Assembly (NCBI RefSeq): GCF_022045235.1
Contig: NW_027266319.1
Span: 2,914,001 to 2,978,000, forward strand
DNA: 64,000 bases
Origin: Haliotis cracherodii
Lineage: Eukaryota
Direction of reading: 5' to 3'
Shown: piece by piece, positions 1 through 12,832 of the stretch
Position numbering within the stretch: the first letter of the stretch is position 1
Layout of the letters: every line of letters starts with the position of its first letter
The notes under the pieces: model-generated
What the model was told of the DNA's origin: nothing
The model's database searches: none
What the model saw: the letters and a program-made list of their open reading frames with translations, nothing else
Translations under genes and position numbers: made by a program

Positions 1-322
1 GACATTAAACCTTATTTCACCTCTCCTCGCCTATTGCGACGAAGGACCTAACTGTTTGTTCATGGTACATTACCTAAGCTGGTGTGTGGACGCGGCAACT
101 GTGTCTTGTAAGTCGCTTGGAAAGGTTTAAAAGTCCTTGGATCGACGAAAATGAGTGAGTGAGTGAGTGACGGAGGGATGCATCAATGTTCAGTCCACAT
201 TGAGATTCGAACCTTGATCACCGATGATACTAATTCCCCGTGATTAATTACTATACATATATGTGAATTCTCATTTTTACTACAATTGATACGGAGTCGT
301 AAAATCAATGTCTGGATGTAAC

Positions 323-478
323 GAGTGTGTGAATATGAATTTACGCCGCTTTTAGCAATATTTAAGCAATATCACAGTGGAGGACACCACACATCGGCTT
401 CGTACATGGTGCCCATGCGTGGAAGGAGGTCTCGCCTTCAACACGACGAGTGAATGACGCTTCAACCACTGGGCGGTT
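323..478 (-). mobile_element. tRNA-Asp-derived SINE (family A), diverged copy
   Basis: Reverse complement of the family A tail (gatattgct..aatattgctaaaagcggcgtaaa) and a decayed head, compared with 45651-45821. Confidence 0.8.
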
Positions 479-1049
479 ACAAAAATATTCATAGTATGGG
501 TCACAATACATGCAGAAAACACGATAGAAATCGACAAAGATGGTATGTTTCTAGTTTCAGGGACAACAGAGGGCTTCGGATTTGGCGCTTTTCTATCTCC
601 GACTGTGATGTCATATATTGCGGTCACGTGGAGCGGTTTGACGTCACAACAGTAACGCGTGGAACGAAACATTGCAATAAAATAGACAACCATTTCAATA
701 ATCGTATGAAATCTGTCCATTGTACGAGTCGCCAAACCGGAAGATGGCAGGCAACAACTCCATCTTCTCCCTAGACATTGCAAGATATGATTTTACCCGA
801 GCACATGAAGTATGATTACGGCAAGCGTTTAGCCCTTGTTGATGGTAGTTGGCCGCGTGAACAAATGGACATTGGCATTGATGACAACATATCTTTGTTG
901 AAAACATTTCAGGGCGTTTCGTTGGTCCATGTATTCCTTCATAGTAGTTTACTACCTTGTTTTGTCCGCAAATAGCTGCAAACTTCCTCATGTGACGTTG
1001 AGAGATTAAAAACACATTAAAAACGACAAAAAATTATTTCCATGACGAT

Positions 1050-2400
1050 ACCGACTATAGTACAGGCATCTGTATTGCATCAGACATCACTTGTGTCACT
1101 GATGCGTCATTTTTTTAAATGTCCTCCATATGTCTTAACCTTGATCAAACAACTTGTGAGCACGAGGTGTATGACTCTTGTTGCAAGGTGCTTGGAAGGA
1201 GCCTCTCGGTTGTCCCTCAAACGTCGTGTAATGTAGACACTCAAGGCTGGAGCAGCTGGTATATTGCTCGACATTAAGGGAAAGTTGACTTTTGGAAAGT
1301 TAAAGTCATCCCTCATGTCATACTGTAATGTCGATAATTTTAGTCACTCTGAATATAAATGAACAGATTTCTGGTTCAGGTGGGTAAATAAGTGGCTACT
1401 TGACCATTATTGAATTATAAATTTATTAGATCCATGATATACCGGAAGGTTGGCGAAATTTCCAAATTGGTTTGATTTTGCCAACCTGAGCTGAAATTCC
1501 GATACGTATGCTTCAGGAACAGATCAGCTAGAAGGGGAGCACAATGGAGGCCCATCGGGATGCCCGCTTCTTGCCTAAATGCGTTACCCCCATATTTTAC
1601 ATATCTTTCAATTTCACCTAAATGTTATCAATTCTTCATTTCACAAATTTTCTCAGTAAACTTCAGATGCCATTTGCTTTCATTTTGGACAATTTCTTCT
1701 GTAATTATGAAGATAGAGATGTGATAATGGCCACCACGTTAAGCAACAAATGTCCTATGGATCAAGGAATGAAGCTTTTCCTTAATTGTGTCCTGCTGAA
1801 GGTGAATAAAGTTGAAAATCAATTTTTTTGAAATAATTGAACGTGTATTCTGTTATTGTAAACATTCAAACAAGTTGTTTGAGTTTTGAGAATCCACATG
1901 ATATTAATTCCATTTGTCGCAAATACTGTCTGTGAAATAACGAAGGAAGTCCTTCCTTGATCGTATTACGGATTATGGTTAATCTTGGAGATAGAGATTA
2001 ACTGGAACATTTGATGGATCCAGCAATGTATCTTTCTTTGTAGGGAATTTATGGAGTTTTGGAATCCAATCCCAAAGAGGAATGAACATGTCTTCAGGCC
2101 TAAGAGTCAAGTCAAAAGTTGATAGTACTGATGCGTGACTTCTTTGAGAGACATTTAGACGTTGGAGTACTAAGTAAGGATAAGAAACTAGTATATTAAT
2201 GAACAACTTCTTTATTACAATTAGGAGCGACATTTTGGTGTAGGTTCTAACAACGTTATCAAGCAAGTGATGGACAGAGTATGGTTGACAAGTATACATC
2301 CAGGATAGGAGGCAGTGTTTATACAGTTAAGTAGGTTTCTTTTGGCAGATGTCTTCCTCAGTTAACATACTGGCCTTCTACTAGTGTGTTGTAGCATCAT
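1050..2400 (-). mobile_element. Penelope-like element reverse transcriptase remnant, interrupted by a pLTR insertion
   Basis: Minus-strand motifs WIPKLHKFP/YIAGSIKCS, RQEAGIPMGLHCAPLLADLF, FRYIMDL (decayed YIDD), RDDFNFPKVNFPLMSSNIPAAPALSVYI and KLFDQG, with frameshifts and stops. Confidence 0.85.
2148..2335 (-). mobile_element. Penelope-type pLTR fragment with a degenerate hammerhead-like motif
   Basis: Reverse complement matches 17046-17192 plus the arm at 16930-17020: ttgataa-cgttgt..acacc-aaaatgtc followed by aataaa. Confidence 0.7.
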
Positions 2401-3094
2401 ACGCCACTTATGCCACGTTCTTTCATGGGTTCTCAGTACCAATTTGACATTGTTTATATTTCAGAATAATGGACATTTAGGCATTTGGTTAGTCACGTGT
2501 GTAATTTAACACCAGTCCCTCAGCTTTAAGCACCCACGACATAATGAAGCTTGATTTAAACTGTGAATCATGTCTGAAGACTATGGTCTATCACTGCGTG
2601 TGAAAAGAATTCACTGCAACCAGTTATAGCGATGGACAAATGCCTTTCATCATTCTTAAAAGGGTAAATATACTCAAACTGACCTCAAACTTGGCTTACT
2701 AGCAATCTGAAAGGCAGGCACAGGATATTAATGAGAAGTTGTCCAGCTACAACTACCACTCTCATATAAAAGATCAATAATCTAGACAGTGTGAAACCGA
2801 CCACCATCACTTCATGCCGTATTGGTTTTGTTAAATGTCACAGAATATATTCATTACACAAAGGTTGTACATTGATACAAATCCCCAAATAGCATAAAAT
2901 TAAGCTAACGTACAAACGTACGCCGGTATGAATTAATAATGTTGTTTTCACGATGAAAAACACTTAGTTTTCGACTTGTCACGATTGCACCAGATGACAT
3001 CAATAGTAAAGACACAAACATCGAACTTTATACCGTGTGTTGAATATAATTTATATTATAGCGACGATGGCCAGGAACGCCTTCGGAGCATGAT

Positions 3095-3255
3095 TTGATT
3101 AGCCTTCTGGTTAAAGCGTTCACTTGTCACACCGAAAACCTGGGTTCGATTCCACACATGTGTGCAATGTGGAAGTCCATTTCTAGTTTTCCCCGCAATG
3201 ATATTGCTAAACTATTGCTGAAGGCAGCGTAAAACCACACTCACTCACTCATTTA
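3095..3255 (+). mobile_element. tRNA-Asp-derived SINE (family A)
   Basis: tagcc..tggttaaagcgttcacttgtcacaccgaa..gggttcgattcc head with an (actc)n tail. Confidence 0.85.
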
Positions 3256-3268
3256 CTCATTTGAAACA

Positions 3269-3430
3269 GGGGCGGTCGGGTAGCCTAGCGGTTATAGCGT
3301 TTGCTCGTCAGGCCGAAGTCCCGGGTTCGATTCCGTACATGGGTACAATATGTGAAGCCCATTTTCTGGTGTCCCCCGCCGTGGATATGGCTTAAAGCGG
3401 CATAAAACCAAAAACCATACTCACTCACTC
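3269..3430 (+). mobile_element. tRNA-Asp-derived SINE (family A) with TSD
   Basis: A box, B box gggttcgattcc and (actc)n tail. TSD atttgaaaca at 3259-3268 and 3431-3440. Confidence 0.92.
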
Positions 3431-3989
3431 ATTTGAAACACCACGCTGCATTTTAGGTTCAAACCCAAGTTAATACGGCTAACAAGTATACAAGCTCTAC
3501 AGAAAGTATTTGCGTATATACCCTCCAGTCCCGTTAACCAGATAGCATTCTGAGCGGGATAAACGGCAACCACAGAACTTCCTGTCCGATAGAGCTGTCA
3601 TAGCGACTGATTTACGACTACCATTGTCTGAAGTACATTTAACTCCAAGGCTAATTACCCTGTAGCCATGACATGTATATGTCTCCATAACTAAATTGTC
3701 ATTTATTTAGAAGACGCAAATCCCTGTTGTTAATCCTCTCCTGCATTTCATTGTAGATTGACTGTCAGCCAACCTGGGCTACTATATCACTTCCCATTAA
3801 TTACTGTTATTTATATTATGACATTTCTAGCCTTAAGTGATCATATGAGCGGCGTCGGGTCATCACCCCATCAGTCTCATGTCCAGAGCAACGTCATTGT
3901 CTCTTCCTCTGTCCATTGTTGTTCATTACTATACTCTTCAAAAAGAGAAACGCAAAGCCAGATTTGTGTGAGGTCGGAAAATACATTTG

Positions 3990-4340
3990 TACGAGGAACC
4001 GTACAAGGTATTGAGCTAATTTTTGCTGGCCGATTAATCTTATGTGTAGTCGATCCACTAACTGGAAGAACCAGGTTTGAGCCAGTAGGGATGACGAATG
4101 AAGAGTCTCCTGTTTGCGAAGACACCAGCCGACTGCCATGTTGTCTGTGGATATGGCGAGCACTGAAGCAGGGACAACCACGGGACAGACACGCCCAGGA
4201 TGAGTGCTTCGAGTTCCAAGTTCTTTATGTGCCACCAGAGCTGATAGTTTGACAACCCGGAAGGAGTCTGATCGTTGGTGCGGACACGGCGGGGATGAAC
4301 GCAATGGACGGCGGCGGGGAGGAGAGGCACAGCTCCATGA
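3990..4340 (-). mobile_element. DIRS-like retroelement RNase H fragment
   Basis: WHIKNLELEALILG, then after a frameshift VLAISTDNMAVGWCLRKQETLHSSSLL..LHIRL. This matches the DIRS RNase H pattern HINxLELxA..L...TDN..V..INKQG..S..L. Confidence 0.65.
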
Positions 4341-4509
4341 CTGATGATTACGGCGTTGTTGGGGATAACAGCACCTCAGTATCGTAGTAGCATTAAGGTA
4401 GTAATGCAGGATAAGATAAAAAATATTCTTATATTTAACAAAGCACTAACAAGTACTGACTGATCAGGTCATAATATAATTGTGATAGACAACGACTAAA
4501 CATGATTCA

Positions 4510-4805
4510 ATTAGGATAGGATAGGATAAGTTTTATTCCATACTGAAAGGCCTCAGGCCCATAGTACAATTCTGATTTCGGGAGTGGTTACAGATCCGTT
4601 TAACAGGTCATATTCTAGTTAACATAGCATGATAAATGAACATTGATAGATTTTTTAGAGTATCTTTATCAGTTGTTGACATGATCGTTGTAAATCTTTG
4701 TATAGTGGGATGTACATGATTCAATTGTGTGGGCCCTGCTAGACATTTGGTACAGAACCTCTGTCTACAGTCTTCACTTGAAACGCTGTAAAAGGATGAC
4801 GTCAC
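4510..4805 (-). mobile_element. CR1/L2-group LINE 3' end
   Basis: RFCTKC...FTTIMSTTDKDTLKNLSMFIYHAM C-terminus, followed by gggcctgaggcc, aataaa and a (tatcc)n tail. Confidence 0.7.
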
Positions 4806-5899
4806 ATAATTTTACGAACAAATTAAATCAGGGGACGAAGAGGGGTCTCGTTTCTTACTTCAGACACTCATCTCCATCTGTCTGTCGGGATTATTTTGGA
4901 AATACTGGAAACAAATATTTTGTAATAACATTCCTTTTTAAAACCAGTTTGAAAATGATAATATTATAATTACTCGGCACTACAGCTTGGAAAATGCTAG
5001 ACATTGGAATCAGATCGTTTATTTACACAAAAACTATTGAATATGTGCGGCCCTTCTGGAACAATTTTGAAAGGCTGCAAAAAAACTAAAAACTTGGGCG
5101 TTTCATGGGATGAAAACACGGTGATATGTCAAAATACGTCTTTAACAGACTCCCGGATATAATACCTGGAAAGGATAGTTATAAACAGACTTTAGTTTTT
5201 TTATTGCTTTTATGAATTTAAGTATGGTTTCATATTAATTAACGCGCCTGGTATTCTTTGCAAATTGAAAGTGAATCATGCTATATGTTAATACACACGC
5301 TTTGAAATTACCCTCTTCTTTGAGTAGCCACAGTTTCATTTTATTGCGCTTGGCGACATTAACTAAATCAAGACAAGAACGTTACAAAAGCGGATTATAT
5401 CACACGCGCTAATTAATTGTTTAAAATGCGTTAGAAAGTAGTTTCCCTTGAAGGACAAAGCCACATAATCGTAGGATCTTCTGAGTGTATTTTGACAACA
5501 TGTCTTCTTTGTAATTAATTAAGAGGCAAAACGAAGCAGCGCGCTTGGCATACTGGTTATAAATAAAACTGGATCACTAATCGAATCACTATCATCAAAG
5601 TCTACAGGTAGTACAAACTAACACCTGATATAAAGGGGTATAAATAAGCTATTAACATTCAAATTTGTGTCAATGCACGGTTCATGAAAGAGTACCGTTA
5701 TACGCAAATTGTCCAAAATTAGCCAAACAATTCATACGTTGACAGTGTTAAATTTATCCTCTGTGTTATAACATATGGGCCCTAACGAGGTATTATAGCT
5801 AACAAATAACCATCTCTTTCTTCAGTGTCACTTGAGCATGTGGGAAAGTTTGCTTTCTGGGCCAAACATCTCTCTGGCAAATCTAATTCCCCAATCTGT

Positions 5900-6710
5900 C
5901 ACTCACGGCCAGATATTGTTTTCTTTATGTGTGCTTCTCCTGGCTTCACTTAAGTAGCTCTGTTAGCGGCACAAACTCAATGAAGATCACACAATATGGG
6001 ATCTAATTGTGTCGTGGATCATAATAACCGGGGGTCAGAAAGTCCCAATTACTGAACCAGATGAAAAGCGTGAAGCGTCGACTGTATGTAAGACGCGGGC
6101 ATTGATTGCACTGAACAGTGAGACTCTCGCAGACGCTTGCTTCGTATTGGTGGATTCACAACCAGCCTGTCCACGGCGCTATTGGCGTTTGTTATAGGTT
6201 GCTCTTGTAGAGTTTGGATTTCTGAAACGTCCTGTAATGTGGATGAGGATGGGGATGTAAGAGTAGTTTTACGCATATTCACACAAGGATCAATGCATCT
6301 TGGTCTTGACTTGTGGTTTCCGATGAATCACCAACTAGCACGTGAGTATATCATCTCTGTTGTCTTTGCGTGTACCCATGGTTCGTTCCGAGGGATCTAT
6401 TTTGAGAATTTGTAACATACCTAGTAATAACATTGTAGATGTGTATATCTCCTGACCAACTATGCATCTGTTAAATCAGAAATGATCCTATTGCTTATAA
6501 TGCGCCTTGACAGTGTTTGCATCACATTCGCATCTGTGAAGGCTTCAGTTGTTCATTTAGAAATGTCGGCATATCCATACTGACAGAAGCGTTTCAGTCG
6601 CCACTACTCTACTGAGGAACTCCGTTAATCGTGACGGTACCGTTCCCAGTTAATCACCAGGGTAATAATCTCAGATGGACGAATCAAGGTGCTTAAATGT
6701 ATAAATTCAT
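5900..6710 (-). pseudogene. Candidate ZP-domain gene remnant (copy C)
   Basis: Peptides WRLKRFCQYG...IVGQEIY, donor gtatgt at 6420, acceptor tttcag at 6222 (phase 1/1), then PITNANSAVDRLVVNP..YIQSTLHAFHLV..C..C. Several stops. Confidence 0.45.
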
Positions 6711-6935
6711 GGAATAACGTTCGTGCTACGAGGTATTACCGAGTATCTGTCGTGGTATAATTAATTCTATAAATACAAAATCTTGATATGGGGCTTTTAT
6801 TTTTAATTCATGAAGACGAGGGGTGTTATTTATCATTGCGTGCTGATTTCATGGCAGATTTCATGTGAAACCATGAAACAAGAGCAAGGTCGAGTGGTTG
6901 CAACTCTCCAGTCAATAGGTAACTCCAAAACAATA

Positions 6936-7205
6936 GGGGGCACGGGTGGCCCAATCTTTAAAGGCAGTGGATGTTCAAAATTGCGTCCCTTGGACATGCC
7001 AGAACCCTAGGGTAGTGGGTTTGAATTCCGGTTATCCCCGATTATGTTTCTAGATTTGCCGATTCCATACCCGTGCTCGTGGGCTTCAACAAAGTGGTAA
7101 ACGTCGTCCAAGACTGAGTCATTTCGGGCTTACCTCCCGCGTTAAGCTGATACGTTATGATGTAGAAAACTGTTAAAAGCGTTGTTAAACCAAACTCACT
7201 CACTC
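6936..7205 (+). mobile_element. tRNA-Leu-like SINE (family B)
   Basis: Matches the copies at 15114, 51297 and 54076, and carries the shared tail with (actc)n. Confidence 0.85.
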
Positions 7206-10200
7206 ATAGAAAACGTAAGAAACAGTCTTCCTCGTCGGTGTGCACAGCTGAGTCTGACACGAATACATGGGACACCCCAGAACGCACAGTCCCACAAGTC
7301 ACGATGAGCGCTGGCGCAACAGGTAGCAGTGTAAAGCAGTCACTAGACACTCTGAATGACTCTTCACTTGAATATAGCCTACTCCAACAGTACAAACTAA
7401 CGATAATCAAGTATTTCCAGATGTCTTTAATTCTCAGATCCTGGCAACCCTATACACAATGAACAGCAAGCTCTCAAAACTAGACTCCATCGAAGTCTCA
7501 ATTGCGAACATGAACCCTAAATTCCATCTGGATCTGAAAGTAAAAAAACCTGAAGGAAAAAGTAAACAGCCAAGAAGAAGGCTTAAACTTTGTGAGCTCC
7601 TGTTTTTTATAAATGGAGAGAATGTAAAGTTGATATGGAAAAAGACATTAAGACATTTAAAGATTCAGCTTGGCTCACACACCATTTATTAACATCAGCA
7701 AGAGAACACACGCCTTAAGGAAGCTCTAATCGATTTGAAATGCCATTCAAACCGAGACAACCCGATCTTCAATAAAATACCAGAGAAAGAAACCCAAGGC
7801 ATTCGCAGAATTTATAAAATTCTCAGGAACTTTACACCGTCAGAATTACAAATGGTCTGGACCGCAATTAAATTCAAACGTGTTCTTCGCATTAGCCACC
7901 AGCTAACCCATGAGACCGTCCCGACCACTCGCCATGATAGCCAGTTTCAAGTACTAGTATTCATCTGAGATAGATGCAGTGGGACGATCAGGGAGGAATC
8001 TGAGAGATAAGCCCTTCAGTATTCAGGAGTAGTTCACGCAGGAGGTAAACTCCTATAGGCGGGGGTACTCATGCCACTGCTCAAGGCGGCTGGTCGCGGT
8101 ATAAAAGGACATCATCAGCGTTGTCATATACCCGTGTGCGAAATACGCTACAGTCGGAAAGCGCACGTTAAATCTTCTATATCAGTCAGTCAGTCAGTTG
8201 TCATATTCTATATAAACAATAATCTCCAAAAAGTCGCCCCTCCCGCCATATAGAGCCAAACCTGTTTGAATTAGCCACAGGGACCCCTTCACAGATGCGA
8301 GGGTGGACAGGAGTCTACATTAGATTTAGGTAGGACAGAAACACTAACACTGTTTACTGAGGTAATTGTATTTGGTAAAGCAAGTGAGTCTAAATATGAC
8401 ATTTGCAGTATAATGACATGCATCTAGAATCTACCACAGGTAATAACACCAAATATACTCAGGTAAACATCCCATGTTATTCCCTAGTAAACACAAATGT
8501 TGTTCATATTGTTTCTGATATCAGCATTGCGGGTGTTTCTATGACTGATAAACCTAAAGATGCGGAAGTGAACCTGTCATGTTATCCCACATGATGTGGA
8601 TGTTGTAAAGATATTTGAAATTCATGATGTTATCGCAGATAGGGCTGACAGTGATGCTGAGGTAAGTGCTTTATGTACACTCAATGTAAATACGGATGCC
8701 GATGGCGATGATGATTATACTGTTGATGATGTGATGATGATGATGATGATGATAATGATGGTAATCACTGTGCTGATAATGACCAAAATAATAGTCTTAG
8801 TTTCTTAAGTTTAAATTACGTTGCGTCAGAAAGCGCCTTGACTATAAGGAATGTATTGATCTAATAGCTAAAAGAGACATAATTGGATTTCAAAAAACAA
8901 AAACAAGTATTTGGATAAGATATGATATACCCGGATATACTCTTTTTTCAGAATAGGGAGGGCACTGCTCGGCGTGCAGTAGGTATAGGTGTAGCATGTA
9001 CAAGTGAATATAGAGATAGAAAATATTGTATGTCCGTAACTGAAGAAACATGCGATTACATTCTTTGGAATAGTATGTAAAGCTCTATTTCATTTTGATC
9101 AGGATCTTTACTTATATCCCACCCGAAGGATCAAAGGATATTACAAAAGATACATTTTATGAAAATGAGCAATCCATAATTAATATGTCAAAAAGTGAGT
9201 ATCTCACTTTAATTAGGACTTTAATGTCTAGACAAATAACCTAGGACGAATATATAATTGAAGAATTTGATTAGGATATTGATGAAATGAGATAAGAATT
9301 TCATCCTGAATCTGTACTCGATGAACTTGGGTTGCCACGCGTGAGAGCAATACAGGACAAACGAGAATAAATAACTTTGGCATTAAACTTATTGAAATCT
9401 GTAAAAAATTAAATTTGTTTATGGGTAATGGCAGGCTAGGAAAATATAAAATGATAGGTAAAACAACATGTGAAGATAAAAGTGTTGTCGATTATGTTAT
9501 TGTGTTACAAATGTGCCTTCCGCTCTTTTCTGATTTTAATGGAGTCAACTCATCATTTTGGATGATCCTCACTAAAAGTGAGAAAGAAAATAATTCGAAA
9601 ACCCGTGATATTAATTCCTTTTTATAAAACCTTAAATGAAAAATGGATGATTCTGAATTACCATAATAATGTGCAACTGCAGCTTTGTTCTATGATTGTA
9701 ACATTTTAAACGATGATGTAACACCTGAAGAAATTATAAAAGCTGCAAAGGAACTTAAAATGAAAAAAAGGTTTCCGGGCTAGGTTTTGTCGAGAATGAT
9801 CCTAGCATAGATAGCAATGGAGTACTAGCCCCACTATATTCTGATTTTTCAATCTTTTGCTCTTATTTAGTGTAATCCCTGAAACGTGGCAGACAAGGAA
9901 TGATAAAACTATCTTCAAAAATAAAGACGATCCATTTGATCCAAATTCGTATAGACCTTTTACGATATTGAGCTGTTTGGGAAAACCTTTTACCAGTATC
10001 CTAAATGAACGATTGACGGAATTTCTAAATTGACGGATGCCAATGATATGCTTACTACAGCGCAGTCGGGATGCAGGAAACGGTTTCAAACTGCGGAAAA
10101 GATACTCGTTATCCACCCATTAATGGTTATTTAAATATTAAAAAAACAATTTACTGCATAGATTTTACAAAGGCATTTGATACTGTCTTAAGAGTAGGAC

Positions 10201-10365
10201 GGTGGTCGAAAATGAAAAATACTGGGACTGAAGGCCGATTTCTAACGTTAGTTTCAATATGTACAGTGATATTACATCAATGGTATAATCAAATAATACA
10301 GAATCGGCGTATTTTCCTTGTCAATCACGGGTCAGGCAGGGCGAAAACATATCACCACTACTGTG
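7206..10365 (+). mobile_element. Degraded CR1/L2-group LINE (ORF1 plus 5' part of ORF2)
   Basis: ORF1-like coiled coil and LIDLKCHSNRDNPIF..IPE. Endonuclease end NNFGIKLIEICK..NGRL..SVVDY. RT motifs DPNSYRPFTILSCLGKPFTSILNERL, IDFTKAFDTV and GVRQGENISP. Many frameshifts. Confidence 0.85.
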
Positions 10366-10604
10366 TAATGTTAAGTATTACGCTTTGGAGGTACTGCCGT
10401 TGTACTGCCGTTGTACTGCCGTTGTGTTAAAACAATTTCTACCGTCGCCTGCCCTTGGCAAATTTTTCGCCGATGTTCTGACGATGTACTACCGTTCTTA
10501 GCGATGTGATACCGTTGCGCTGCCGTACTAGTACCGATCACCGAAAATCGCCAAATCTGTGCTCCGGTATATCTCCTGCGACCAAAATCGGCTTGGTGTG
10601 AAGG

Positions 10605-11168
10605 TCTGTAAGGCCTAATTCCTTGAGCCCCAAGTGGCCTGGACACTGTCTGTCGACTTACCATATGCCCTAAGACTTTCGTCGCTGATGACGTCACTGT
10701 CATGAATAGATTTCAGAGATGCAAAGGACGCAAGTACCGGCCTTCATTGGACGTAGTTACCCTGGGTCTGCCTGTTCTTGGTCTTTCTGATGTCTGCCCG
10801 GTCTGTCTGTAAAATGGCATCAGGAACAAGGGAGAAACCAAAAGTTCTCGCAATGTGGGCATGTGGACTCCCATCTGTATCATACCCAGGGCCCTTCGCG
10901 TTGTTCGGGTGTCAGTAGCGGCATTTCTGTCGTGGTGTCTGACACGGCATCCGTATCATCTATATACCCTTATTGCCATGGTAGTTTCGGCTGCCCAAGC
11001 GGCACAGGGTTTTCACTTTTTCGTATTTTCTACGACAAAACATGTCGTGGGTGTGTATCCCTTTCTGTATATAGCATTGTTGTGTTTGGACGATGTGTTT
11101 TGCATTGATTTAGTTCGAGCTTGTCTTTGCAATTTCAAGTGGTAAAGTTTCTTTAAGCTGTCAGTTTA
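10605..11168 (-). mobile_element. Tc1-like transposon 5' part (terminal region and HTH region of transposase)
   Basis: ATG at 10924, MPLLTPEQRE..LGMIQMG, RPRTGRPRVTT, VSRQTVSR.L...GIRPYRP. Confidence 0.75.
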
Positions 11169-11257
11169 TGTTCTTATCCAAGGACCGCAGACCGTAGGCC
11201 CGTTCCTCAAAGCGCTAATATTATTGTAATATCGCTGTGTGTACCATGACTTGGGAC

Positions 11258-11527
11258 ACGTGAAGATCCGGGGTAGAAAATGTCTTTAGTAGCCCATGCT
11301 TGACGCAAAAGGCAACTATGCTTGTCGTAAGAGGCGACTAACGGGATCAGGTGGTCAGGCTCGCTGACTTGGTTGATGGATGTCATCGTATTCCAATTGC
11401 GTAGATCGATGCTCATGATGTCAATCACTGGATTGTCTATTCCAGACACGATTGTTTACAGACCGCTGCATATAGCTGGACTATTATGGAATATTGCTGA
11501 GCGCCGCGTTAAACAACACGACAAAAC
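11258..11527 (+). mobile_element. Family C short element (no tRNA head, structured 5' end, shared SINE tail)
   Basis: High identity to 27192-27458. Confidence 0.85.
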
Positions 11528-11929
11528 ATACCATGGCGTGGAGCACATTTACGCCTCGTCTAACTGATAGCTGAGTGACTGAACAGTTCATAATTACGCA
11601 ACATGAGGACTCTCCCATCTAAGGCCTGTTATCACTTATAAGACAGTAGTTTTTGTGTATATCTAAAGAACAGCTCAAAATCCACTTCTACAGCTCTAGC
11701 TCTACACCGGGGGGCATGCTTACAGCCCATGAAACATGATTACATCGGTTAACGGTTCATTGGGCTTACAGATGGTATTCCCAACTCCTTTGGGAACATT
11801 CTACCAAAGTTTGCTTCGAGTTACGTGGTCTATATTTATATTACTCTCTCATTTACAGGGTTTGTGTGAACTAATGCGTGTGAAGAGACTTTATTGAAAT
11901 GTCACTACCCAAACCAGAGATATGATGTG

Positions 11930-12570
11930 TCAGCGTGGGATCGTTTAGCTCACACTCATTTTGACAAATTAAGACACAAGTTGAGAAACTTGCATGGCCA
12001 TCTCCAATAAAAACACGTTTCAGTGCATAATCATTACAGTGTTTTGTTCGTTGTTTGACGCCGAATTTAGCAATATTCCAAGATTCTACTTAAGCTTCAG
12101 GTATATCGATGATCTGATATCGTTCAGTAACCATCAAGTAGCTAATTCCCTTCCACTGATTTACCACCTGAACTAGAAATAAAGGAGACCCGTGAGGCCG
12201 TCTCATCTGTGTCATATTTAGATCTATGCATAAAGATTCACAGTGACAAAACACTCGCCACAAGACTGCATGGCAAGAGGGATGTCTTCAACTTTCCAAA
12301 AGACAGCTTCCCCTTCATGTCGAGCAATATTCCCGCAGCTCCAGCCCTTGGTGTCTACATTTCACAACTTTTGAGGTACAATCTAACAATGTCTTTCTAC
12401 CAAGACTTCAAAGAGCGCTATACAACTCAGAAGTTGTTTGATCAATGTTACAACATTCGAGGTCTCAGTTAAGCTTTCAAAAAAGATTATAGTAGACATG
12501 TGGAGGACATTTCCAAATTTGACGCGTCGTGGACAAAAATTATGTCCCATTCAATTCCCTATTTTGATTT
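11930..12570 (+). mobile_element. Penelope-like RT C-terminal remnant
   Basis: LSFRYIDDLISF, SYLDL, LHGKRDVFNFP..FPFMSSNIPAAPALGVYISQLLRY and KLFDQCY. Confidence 0.88.
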
Positions 12571-12671
12571 GTACCTCATGTTCCTGAGTGTTTTCAGGTG
12601 AACAATTTGACTTGCCTTTGCAAGTATTTGACTGGTGCCACCTGTGACTGAATGCCAAGAGGGATGACTGT

Positions 12672-12832
12672 ATAAGTTTCCCTTTATGTCGAGCACTATT
12701 CAAGCAGCTCCAGCATTTGGTGTTTACATTTCACAACCCTTGAGGTACAGTCGAGCAGGCCTTTTCTTCCAAGATTTCAAAGAGCGTCATACAACTTCAG
12801 AAGATGTTTGATCAAGGTTACAACATACGAGA
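12672..12832 (+). repeat. Second diverged copy of the PLE RT segment 12305-12460
   Basis: ttcccctttatgtcgagcactatt...tttgatcaaggttacaacat repeats the upstream segment. Confidence 0.8.
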
